Shown here: piece by piece, positions 19,346-26,802 of the stretch | How positions within the stretch are numbered: position 1 is the first letter of the stretch | Layout of the letters: each line of letters starts with the position of its first letter | Source of the DNA: a virus | Direction: 5' to 3' (one strand) | Length of the DNA: 64,000 nucleotides | IMG/VR virus record: IMGVR_UViG_3300013126_000010 | Span: 120,708 to 184,707 of that record | Notes under the pieces: generated by a model | The model's database searches: none | Seen by the model: only the letters and a program-made list of their open reading frames with translations | Told to the model about the DNA's origin: nothing | Translations under genes and position numbers: made by a program

Positions 19346-19765
19346 TTATTGCGCTAATCGTGTTTTTTCCAATAAATCAATAAATGAATTTTCAATAGTA
19401 CTTCTTTTCATTGAATTCATAAATGAATTAACTATGGTTCTATCATAATACCGTTCAGGAACAATAATACCAACACATGTCAATGCATCATCCAATGATG
19501 GTTCATGAAAATATGCATATGGTAAATCCATTTTACTGCACAGATCTTTGATTTTCAGCATCATATTCGTTTCACCACCATTTTTAATAACAATGGTTTT
19601 ATGATTATCAGCCCAATCATTTAAAATACTTATTTTGTCTTTGAATCCAATAACATTAATGTTTATTTCGGAATATTTCCTAAACATCTCATGTATCACG
19701 TGACTGCTTTGAATACCATGTTGTATGGAACTTAGGTACATATTTGTAAAAAAGTATGCTCTCAT
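19346..19765 (-). CDS. Pth2-like peptidyl-tRNA hydrolase family protein
   Basis: IQHGIQSSH, KTIVIKNGG, FHEPSLDDALTCVG pattern of phage PTH2-fold proteins. Confidence 0.65.
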   Translation of the reverse strand: MRAYFFTNMYLSSIQHGIQSSHVIHEMFRKYSEININVIGFKDKISILNDWADNHKTIVIKNGGETNMMLKIKDLCSKMDLPYAYFHEPSLDDALTCVGIIVPERYYDRTIVNSFMNSMKRSTIENSFIDLLEKTRLAQ

Positions 19766-19794
19766 TTTATCCTCTCTTAATTAATCGTTGGAAA

Positions 19795-19871
19795 TGGTCG
19801 GCTAGGAGGGAGTCAAACCCCCACTGTACGGAGTAGAAATCCGAGGCACTATTCTGTTATGCTACTAGCCG
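19795..19871 (-). tRNA. tRNA-Arg(UCU)
   Basis: CGGCTAG/CTAGCCG-ACCA, TT TCT AC loop. Confidence 0.85.
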
Positions 19872-19944
19872 GTATGTGTTATACCATGTTATATCGTTTT
19901 CGTAAACTTTGGGGTAACTAATGGGGTATGATCCCATACAAATT

Positions 19945-20019
19945 TGGTGGACAGAGTTGGTATCGATCCAACCTATGCTGTGCTTCAAACAGCTGCTAAT
20001 CCATCTCAGCTACCTGTCC
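19945..20019 (-). tRNA. tRNA-Phe(GAA)
   Basis: GGACAGG/TCTGTCC-ACCA, GCTGT-TT GAA GC-ACAGC. Confidence 0.85.
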
Positions 20020-20280
20020 ATTAATTGTAATCCATGCACTAGAAACATCAAAATGTATCATTGTTGAATATTCTTCTACACATAATCTATTCAATTCTTG
20101 TAGAATTTCAGAATTAGAACACATATATACTGGTAAAAAATCATTCAATGGTATTCTGAATACCCCTAATGGAAAATGTTCATTTTTTACATAATGGATT
20201 TTTGTCCATTTTCTTCTTGATTCTAAATCTGCATTGGTAATGGTGTATTCAATCAATGATTTCAAAAATTCGGTAATCAT
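19996..20280 (-). CDS. hypothetical protein (3' end overlaps tRNA-Phe)
   Basis: ORF with RBS. Confidence 0.5.
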   Translation of the reverse strand: MITEFLKSLIEYTITNADLESRRKWTKIHYVKNEHFPLGVFRIPLNDFLPVYMCSNSEILQELNRLCVEEYSTMIHFDVSSAWITINGQVAEMD

Positions 20281-20578
20281 CGTCTTCTCCTATAAAGTAT
20301 AATATATCATACCATGTTCATATGAGGATGTCAACCGAATTTTAATAAAAATGTAGTATAATTATTTTTTGGCATTGAAACATATTTAAATTCGTCCTCG
20401 TTATTACCTGACACTATTGCTTTAAATTCAAGTTCTAATATTGACTTCCAATAAATTGGGTAATTAGCACTATACCCAGTTATATTATGAATATAATCAT
20501 CATAATTTTTCCATACTGATGATGGATAATCATGTCCAAGTGGGATTGTAATAGTGTCATTCATGATATTAAGTATGT

Positions 20579-20655
20579 TGGCACCCTTGGAGAGATTCAA
20601 ACTCCCGACTCCCACGTTCGTAGCATGGTACTCTGTTCAGCTGAGTTACAAGGGC
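20579..20655 (-). tRNA. tRNA-Arg(ACG)
   Basis: GCCCTTG/CAAGGGT-GCCA, CT ACG AA loop. Confidence 0.9.
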
Positions 20656-20694
20656 GTTGCAAAATTCATAAGTTATTGATTTTAATGTATATTT

Positions 20695-20767
20695 TCAGGA
20701 TGGCAGAATTCGAATCTGCGTCTGCGGTACCCAAAACCGCTGCTAAACCAACCTCAGCTACACCCTG
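20695..20767 (-). tRNA. tRNA-Pro(UGG), no encoded CCA
   Basis: CAGGGTG/CATCCTG, GCGGT-TT TGG GT-ACCGC. Confidence 0.9.
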
Positions 20768-20786
20768 AAAATATACACTATATTAT

Positions 20787-20862
20787 TGGTAGAGGTAAAT
20801 GGATTCTAACCATTGATCTTCCGGTTATCAGCCGGATGCATTAAACGCTATGCTATACCTCT
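20787..20862 (-). tRNA. tRNA-Ile(GAU)
   Basis: AGAGGTA/TACCTCT-ACCA, TCCGG-CT GAT AA-CCGGA. Confidence 0.9.
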
Positions 20863-21080
20863 ATTTTATTTTCTTTTACATAATTTTCAAAATCATTTCT
20901 ACTATACGATGTACAATATAACATTTTTGGTGGAGGATTACTACTATACATCCCTGGATACCAATAATACAATATATCACCATCGGTTGGCCATTTGTAA
21001 TTATAATGTTCAACCATTATTTGTAAATTAGATTTTGACATCATCAACTTTGTACAATTTGGTAAATGTTCTTTCACCAC
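20853..21080 (-). CDS. hypothetical protein
   Basis: small ORF; start uncertain. Confidence 0.45.
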   Translation of the reverse strand: MVKEHLPNCTKLMMSKSNLQIMVEHYNYKWPTDGDILYYWYPGMYSSNPPPKMLYCTSYSRNDFENYVKENKIEV

Positions 21081-21234
21081 TTCTACACATAACCGAATTT
21101 GTTAGTGCATTAGCTGCAAATTCTGCTTCATCATATGTATCACATTCCAATACTGTGGTAGTATTACTAACAGCAATAGATTCACAATATTTGTGAATCT
21201 TTGACTCTGAAATTAAAATTTTATAAGTTTTCAT
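21028..21234 (-). CDS. hypothetical protein (probable start MKTYKILISE)
   Basis: RBS AAAGG before the second Met; the longer start in the ORF track runs into cassette E4. Confidence 0.5.
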   Translation of the reverse strand: MKTYKILISESKIHKYCESIAVSNTTTVLECDTYDEAEFAANALTNSVMCRSGERTFTKLYKVDDVKI

Positions 21235-21255
21235 GATATTACCTTTATAATTAAA

Positions 21256-21310
21256 CAGGATACTTTTTATTTTCGCCAATGAAATTTTTTAATTTGCTGA
21301 ATGTATCCTA
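21256..21310 (-). ncRNA. cassette E4 (short; small TTTC/GAAA hairpin cargo)
   Basis: TAGGATAC/GTATCCTG stem plus ATTCAGCAA; 4 nt downstream of tRNA-Ser CCA. Confidence 0.7.
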
Positions 21311-21314
21311 AAGT

Positions 21315-21407
21315 TGGCGGAAGATGACGGAGTTGAACCCCCAAGGCTGCTCATCACAGCTCGACGCATTTCAAGTGCGCTGCAGTCGCCAATCTGCTTG
21401 ATCTTCC
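21315..21407 (-). tRNA. tRNA-Ser(UGA)
   Basis: GGAAGAT/ATCTTCC-GCCA, CT TGA AA loop, long variable arm. Confidence 0.9.
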
Positions 21408-21453
21408 ATTATTCTATATTAACATTATTTTAATACTATGTCAAGTATAATTT

Positions 21454-21529
21454 TGGCAGGACTGACGGGTTTTGATCCCGCTACCTCTACATTGACAGTG
21501 TAGTGCTCTCCCGATTGAGCTACAGTCCT
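21454..21529 (-). tRNA. tRNA-Asp(GUC)
   Basis: AGGACTG/CAGTCCT-GCCA, CTACA-CT GTC AA-TGTAG. Confidence 0.9.
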
Positions 21530-21535
21530 AAAATT

Positions 21536-21620
21536 TGGTGGATTGTCTAAGAATCGAACTTAGCGAGTCAGTGACAGTGGTTCTACAGGCCACTCCGCCT
21601 CCATAACGGTTTACCAATCC
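21536..21620 (-). tRNA. tRNA-Tyr(GUA)
   Basis: GGATTG/CAATCC-ACCA, CT GTA GA loop, variable arm. Confidence 0.85.
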
Positions 21621-22147
21621 ATAAATATTTCTTTAACTTTTTCATCATCTATCCATTCTCCAACTGATATGTTAATTTGGTATTTTGATAGAATCGATTT
21701 TTCTTCTTCTCTCATATCATTAACTAGTTTATAATGTTCAACTTTAAACCGTCTAAATGGATCATATGTTTGATATGTTGCCAACCGTTTATTTAAATCT
21801 TGAGTTATTCCGATTTTGTACATATCTGGATATACTGGATTTGATATTAAATACAATATACCACATTTTAACTTAGGTTTAGATGATGTTTTTTCTTGCG
21901 TTTCTTGTCCAGTGGTTCGTGATAAACTTAATTTTAGTAACGATAACCCGGCTAATTTTTTATAATATCTAGCTTCTTTCTTTTTCTGTTTTGAAGCTTT
22001 TTCTGGGTATTGTTCACAATACGTGTCATAATATACGTCAAGTAAATCTATAGTCACCTCAAATGGTTCAGATATTGGAATTAGTCCTTTATCTATCATA
22101 CCATATATTATATTTTTTGTAATACTATTTCCGATTATTTCGTTCAT
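21611..22147 (-). CDS. GIY-YIG superfamily (T5orf172/MUG113-like) nuclease
   Basis: GILYLISNPVYPDMYKIGITQDLNKRL...E..I motif. Confidence 0.75.
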   Translation of the reverse strand: MNEIIGNSITKNIIYGMIDKGLIPISEPFEVTIDLLDVYYDTYCEQYPEKASKQKKKEARYYKKLAGLSLLKLSLSRTTGQETQEKTSSKPKLKCGILYLISNPVYPDMYKIGITQDLNKRLATYQTYDPFRRFKVEHYKLVNDMREEEKSILSKYQINISVGEWIDDEKVKEIFMDW

Positions 22148-22620
22148 AGTTGAATCATATCATAATAATTCAACTATGTCAACAATATTTTTTACAATTT
22201 TCCAAATTGTTAAAGAGCGTGGCCAATTTTTCTTTGGTCTTAAAACTGAAAAACCCAGTTTGATATTATCTCACTGGGTTCTCTGTTATTTTTTTTTGAA
22301 TCTTTGAAACTTATTATGTTTCTTTGTGATCCTTAACTGAGAAACCGAATTGTTCTGGGCGATAATCATAAAAACTCGGAACAAACGACACCGAAGATGA
22401 TTTATCATCCCATCTGCTAATCTCGATATGTTTAATGTGTGAAGTTTTCATAATATTTCAGTTATATAGTTTATTTATCTTTTTGTTTAAAAAATTAGTT
22501 TTAACATTTTGTATAGTTGTCAAGATTATCACTAATACATGCTTTGTGTCATTCGCAACACGATATTAGTTAATATTCAAAGTATATTAAGATACTTAAC
22601 AACTATACAAAATATTATTG

Positions 22621-22691
22621 TGGAGAATATCGGTACCGCCCCGATCATAGATGCAGTGCAAGTGCTTCCTGAGTGCCTATGCTCATTCCCC
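22621..22691 (-). tRNA. tRNA-Ala(UGC), short D-arm, atypical T-loop
   Basis: GGGGAAT/ATTCTCC with G3.U70, CT TGC AC loop. Confidence 0.72.
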
Positions 22692-22705
22692 ATAACAATA
22701 ATTTT

Positions 22706-22734
22706 ATTATAGCACGTTTTTTAAAGATGTGCAA
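22706..22734 (-). promoter_or_regulatory. sigma70-type early promoter
   Basis: TTGCAC-17 nt-TATAAT upstream of tRNA-Ala; similar motifs near 22950, 23158, 24940, 25440, 7505. Confidence 0.7.
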
Positions 22735-22995
22735 CTTTATTTATTATCAAAATCATAGTCTCCATTTCGGAGACTATGTTAATCAGTGTTCGTATTTCGT
22801 TTAATAACATTTTTTACTACAATTGCTGAATATGATTCCCAATTAGTTAGAATCTCATTCAATTTTTTTAATTTTTCAAATTTATCATCATCAAACATTT
22901 GTTTAATGTTATTATCTGATTTAAGTTCTGTGATTTTTTCCATATTTGTATAATAGCACATTTTCAAAAGATGTGCAACTTATTTATCATTTTAC

Positions 22996-23057
22996 CAGGA
23001 TAGCTTTTACGGTTTTGATTAGAAGTCAAATGTATTAAGCTTGCTGAAACTATCCTT
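22996..23057 (-). ncRNA. cassette E5 carrying a bare Arg(UCU) anticodon stem-loop
   Basis: AAGGATAG/CTATCCTG stem plus TTTCAGCAA; TTTGA-CT TCT AA-TCAAA at 23030-23014. Confidence 0.75.
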
Positions 23058-23096
23058 ATTCTTAACATCAAGGAGGTGATGTAATCTTTTATTTAA

Positions 23097-23151
23097 CAGG
23101 ATGTATTTATTTTCGCCAAATGAAATCTTTTAATTTGCTGTAAACATCCTA
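23097..23151 (-). ncRNA. cassette E6 (near-paralog of E4)
   Basis: TAGGATGT/ACATCCTG stem plus TTACAGCAA; TTTC-ATTTGGC-GAAA hairpin; begins at the predicted +1 of the promoter at 23158-23186. Confidence 0.75.
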
Positions 23152-23157
23152 AAATTT

Positions 23158-23186
23158 ATTATAGCACGTTTTTATAGATTGTGCAA
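23158..23186 (-). promoter_or_regulatory. sigma70-type early promoter driving E6/E5
   Basis: TTGCAC-17 nt-TATAAT. Confidence 0.7.
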
Positions 23187-23451
23187 CTATCTTTTCAAAA
23201 TATTGAAATATTCTTTACGTTCCATATCGAAACTGTTATATCTATACATTATATCATCATAAATGAATCCAAAAATGATTATTGTGAACACTACTGCGCT
23301 AATACAAATATAAGTCACTATTACATATAATAACCAAGTTGGATTATACCAATACAATAATCCTAATCCAACAAATATGGCAAATAAACCGAATATCGTA
23401 TGATAGTTATTATGATATAGCCATATGATAAAATTGGTATATTTTTTTAAT

Positions 23452-23508
23452 CTGGATCACGTTTTTCAAATTTACTGTTTGATTGTTTAGATTGCTGAAA
23501 TGATCCAA
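23452..23508 (-). ncRNA. cassette E7 carrying a bare Tyr(GUA)-like anticodon stem-loop
   Basis: TTGGATCA/TGATCCAG stem (compensatory changes) plus TTTCAGCAA; TCAAA-CA GTA AA-TTTGA. Confidence 0.72.
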
Positions 23509-23525
23509 TATATAACAACAAGAAC

Positions 23526-23602
23526 TGGCAGAGATATTCTGATTTGAACAGAAACTAGATCAGTCAAAGTGACCTGTGCTAACCGGATTACACTATATCT
23601 CA
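23526..23602 (-). tRNA. tRNA-Gln(UUG)
   Basis: GAGATA/TATCTC acceptor, GGTCA-CT TTG AC-TGATC, TTCAAAT T-loop, GCCA end. Confidence 0.85.
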
Positions 23603-23613
23603 ATTATTTTTTA

Positions 23614-23892
23614 TTATTTTTTAATAGCATGTTTAAATTTAAACATCCATTCATCATCTATCAATTCTAAGGAGCATTCGGTACATTTTGCAATAAAATC
23701 ATCACCAATGATTAGCGCGTCGAATGTTTCATATTTTTCAAAAAACTGTAAAGTAATTGGCATCACATTCCATTCCATTTTTGAAATGGTGTTGGTACCA
23801 TCATCACCTTGCTTTACTTCAATGTTGATAGAAGGTCTATTGGTTAATGTACCAATTACATATTCTTTTTCTAAGTTATATACTTTATACAT
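23614..23892 (-). CDS. hypothetical protein
   Basis: ORF in operon. Confidence 0.55.
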   Translation of the reverse strand: MYKVYNLEKEYVIGTLTNRPSINIEVKQGDDGTNTISKMEWNVMPITLQFFEKYETFDALIIGDDFIAKCTECSLELIDDEWMFKFKHAIKK

Positions 23893-23893
23893 T

Positions 23894-24160
23894 CTACTTT
23901 TTTCCTAATGTGGATAATAATTGTGTCTTTTCATTCTGGTATTCTTTATATAATTCTTTTATACATTCTACTAAAAAAATTTTTATCAGTATATACAATA
24001 AGATATAAATCACCAATCCTATTATAAGAGACAAACCGACAACAAGAACATAATTTCCAAAAATAAAAGACATTGATAGCCAAGTAAAGAATACAGTAAT
24101 TATCAATATTGATTTACTATATTTATTATAGACCCATTTTAAAAAATAAAAATATTTCAT
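23894..24160 (-). CDS. two-TM membrane protein (paralog of 24157-24423)
   Basis: YFLKW...two TM...YKEY pattern shared. Confidence 0.6.
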   Translation of the reverse strand: MKYFYFLKWVYNKYSKSILIITVFFTWLSMSFIFGNYVLVVGLSLIIGLVIYILLYILIKIFLVECIKELYKEYQNEKTQLLSTLGKK

Positions 24161-24423
24161 TTATTTTTTAAATCGTCAAATGTTTGTTGACATTCTTTTT
24201 TATATTCTTTATACATAGCTTGCATTGGTTCAATTATTCCATACTGTATAGCCCTGTATAAAAAGTAACAGACGGCGCAACCAAGCACTAACATTAGTAA
24301 TACAAATAAACCAGAAAATCCATATTTAACAAGAATGTATGTTATTGGGATTCCTGACACCCACATTAATGATTCCCGTTTATTTTTCATTACAGCCCAT
24401 TTAAGAAAATATAACAAATGCAT
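24157..24423 (-). CDS. two-TM membrane protein (paralog of 23894-24160)
   Basis: as above. Confidence 0.6.
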   Translation of the reverse strand: MHLLYFLKWAVMKNKRESLMWVSGIPITYILVKYGFSGLFVLLMLVLGCAVCYFLYRAIQYGIIEPMQAMYKEYKKECQQTFDDLKNK

Positions 24424-24430
24424 AATTACC

Positions 24431-24784
24431 TCAATATTTCAATGTCGACCAGAAAGCCAATTTCTCAAGATCTTTTTCAAATTCTGGGTATACTTCATTT
24501 AAGTGGTCATCACTAACTGACAAATAACCTTTTTTAATTTTTTCATCGATTAGTCTTTGCATATCATAATCATCATGAGATACTTTTGATTGGAATTTTT
24601 TACCACGTTTACCCCAGAATGTTACACATTTTGCACCGGTATATCGAACATATGTTGATAATGTCCACCATGGTTTAGAATTATCAACATTACTTGGATG
24701 TTCAAGAAATATCACACCCCAAACTTTATCAGAACCATCTTTAGTGGACCATCCAATAAATTTATAGTTATATTTTCCGCTCAT
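24431..24784 (-). CDS. WGR-domain-like protein
   Basis: SDKVWG...FWGKRG...KIKKGY pattern. Confidence 0.6.
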   Translation of the reverse strand: MSGKYNYKFIGWSTKDGSDKVWGVIFLEHPSNVDNSKPWWTLSTYVRYTGAKCVTFWGKRGKKFQSKVSHDDYDMQRLIDEKIKKGYLSVSDDHLNEVYPEFEKDLEKLAFWSTLKY

Positions 24785-24803
24785 TTTCGCATCTCATTAT
24801 TAA

Positions 24804-24920
24804 CAGGGTAGCAAATATGTTTTACCGCTAAACTACCATAGTGACCAACTCTATGGCTGGGATTCGAACCCAGGACTTTTCTTTACGATAGAAATTATTA
24901 AAATTGCTGAAACTACCCAA
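24804..24920 (-). ncRNA. cassette E8 enclosing circularly permuted tRNA-Thr(CGU)
   Basis: TTGGGTAG/CTACCCTG stem plus TTTCAGCAA; 3' part (anticodon arm TTTCT-AT CGT AA-AGAAA, T-arm CTGGG-TTCGAAT-CCCAG, CCATAGA) 24894-24849; 6-nt linker; 5' part ACTATGG-TA-GTTT-AGCGGTA-AAAC-A 24842-24818. Confidence 0.8.
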
Positions 24921-25090
24921 GGTCATTTCATTAAATTAATTATAGCACATGTTTTATGATGTTGCAACTACTTTATGATTTTAAAACGGTACATTTATAA
25001 TAGGTACATTAGGAATAGTAGCATCCATTTTTTCTCTATCGGTAGTTGAGCACCCATAAAGAAAAAATATACCTATTATGATTAGGAGTT

Positions 25091-25276
25091 TCACTGATTT
25101 GAAACTATGTTATTGATGAAGCGTTGGATCTTATCTTTATCACGTGGTCTATTCGATTTTGTGACCAAATCTTGTAAAGAAGCCAATGATAATGATGTTA
25201 ATTTAACTTTACCATTTTTTGTTTTACCTGGGATACCTTTACGGTTCGCTTTTGATACATTTGCCATTATTTTCAC
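25091..25276 (-). CDS. small basic protein
   Basis: Lys/Arg-rich ORF. Confidence 0.55.
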   Translation of the reverse strand: MKIMANVSKANRKGIPGKTKNGKVKLTSLSLASLQDLVTKSNRPRDKDKIQRFINNIVSNQ

Positions 25277-25433
25277 CTTGTTTTAAGAATTCATGACGGG
25301 TTAGTGAGCATTTTGCACTACAATAATATTCACTGATTACTGAATTCCAATATTGAGTATACACATACTGTTTATTATTTTCATCCATACCAGTAGGAAT
25401 GATGTTGTTACAATTTGCACAATTTACTGTCAT
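25239..25433 (-). CDS. small Zn-binding protein
   Basis: CANC...YCSAKC (TRASH/MYM-like). Confidence 0.55.
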   Translation of the reverse strand: MTVNCANCNNIIPTGMDENNKQYVYTQYWNSVISEYYCSAKCSLTRHEFLKQGENNGKCIKSEP

Positions 25434-25466
25434 AAAAATTATAGCAATTTATTTTGATGTTGCAAG

Positions 25467-25853
25467 TTAAAATTTTCTACTAGCACGTTGGTATGCACTA
25501 ATATTCATTTGTTGAACTATTTGTATATGTTTACCACGTCGTCGATCATGCTCATGTGGACCAAATAATTTATTTTCACGCATTTTGAACTCTCTCATTA
25601 ACAATCTGCGACCATTAAATAATGTAACTTTTGATCTATTGATTATTTTTCTGGCATGTACAAAAGTTTTCACATAGCACAATGCATGGTATTCATAAGA
25701 ATTATGTTTACTATCATATAACGTGTAAAGTTGAACCCTATCAACTTTATGCGATAGAAATGGGATAAAACTTTTTGTCAGTTTATTAAAGTATTCTGTT
25801 AATTCTTGTGTGGTAGTATCTTTACCAACATTTTTGATAATGAGGATCATCAC
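25467..25853 (-). CDS. RRM-like RNA-binding protein
   Basis: IIKNVGKDTTTQEL (RNP2-like) and FNGRRLLMREF C-terminal strand. Confidence 0.55.
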   Translation of the reverse strand: MMILIIKNVGKDTTTQELTEYFNKLTKSFIPFLSHKVDRVQLYTLYDSKHNSYEYHALCYVKTFVHARKIINRSKVTLFNGRRLLMREFKMRENKLFGPHEHDRRRGKHIQIVQQMNISAYQRASRKF

Positions 25854-25914
25854 TCACTTCCTATAAAAAATCTATGATAATTCTATTATACATCATTTTT
25901 TGTATGATGTCAAC

Positions 25915-26802
25915 TTATTTGTAAGTATTTTTTAACCAGTTAAATAGTGCTGGTTTTTGTTTTGGCCAGACATACATATCAAAATATTGATTGAACATTG
26001 ATTGTTTATGTTTATCAGTTTTCACGTGTTGCCACATTCTTCTAAACACATCATCCAAATCCATTCCTTTATTATATTTTGCTAATAATCGTTGTTTGAA
26101 CAATTCTGGATTAAAATTTTCATCTGGTGCAAACATTTTATCTTTATGATTAGTTTTATGTTTTTCATCGAATTGGTTTGCATAGTTACTTAGGAATTCA
26201 TCCCTTGTCATTTTAACCCAATCGCCATTAGCTACAAAGTTTTCATATTCTTTGACATATACGGTGGATATTCTTTTAGGATTTAAATGTCCAATAAATA
26301 ATGCCTGTGTTTCACCTTTATTAAGCATCATGTCTGCTAAATGAGGATTATCACTTAATGTTACCCATTCTGGATTATATTTGTCAGTTTTTGCGGCATT
26401 CTCTGCATCTTTCCGTGCTTTAGATCTACCTCGTCTACCTTCTGGTCCCCATCCGAAATATTGGCTGTATCCGCCGTATCCTGTCCATGATCCTCCTGGC
26501 CATACCGGGGCTTCTAATTCATCGTACTCGGCATTAAATTCTATGATGATAGCATATTTGTATGATCCTGCGAAACTTGCTGCAGTTTTGAATTTACCAG
26601 TAACAAATAACCCTTTTGGATTATTATCAGATTCATAGCTATATACTCTTGGTACTTTTTGTGCACCACTTAAACCATACTGAACTGCTAAAATAGCCTC
26701 ATTGTAGTTATTAAAGCCGTGGAATACCCGTATGGTATCACCTTTTTTTAATGGTTGATTTCCATCAACCTCTATATCATGAAATAATTCTCGTATCAGC
26801 AT
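25915..26802 (-). CDS. ADP-ribosyltransferase-like fold protein
   Basis: RVFHG...GLS...GLFVT...A.SFA...IIEF pattern; leader MLIRELF. Confidence 0.5.
   Translation of the reverse strand: MLIRELFHDIEVDGNQPLKKGDTIRVFHGFNNYNEAILAVQYGLSGAQKVPRVYSYESDNNPKGLFVTGKFKTAASFAGSYKYAIIIEFNAEYDELEAPVWPGGSWTGYGGYSQYFGWGPEGRRGRSKARKDAENAAKTDKYNPEWVTLSDNPHLADMMLNKGETQALFIGHLNPKRISTVYVKEYENFVANGDWVKMTRDEFLSNYANQFDEKHKTNHKDKMFAPDENFNPELFKQRLLAKYNKGMDLDDVFRRMWQHVKTDKHKQSMFNQYFDMYVWPKQKPALFNWLKNTYK

Noticed and set aside
21256-23508. Short cassettes as ordinary intrinsic terminators
   Set aside because: No U-tract on the transcribed strand, a conserved unpaired motif, and two family members (E1, E6) begin at predicted transcription starts.
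2860-24920. Repeated CAGCAA/GGAT motif as a CRISPR array
   Set aside because: Copies are kilobases apart with paired left and right arms, not regularly spaced direct repeats, and no cas operon is present (the Cas4-like nuclease is a common stand-alone phage exonuclease).
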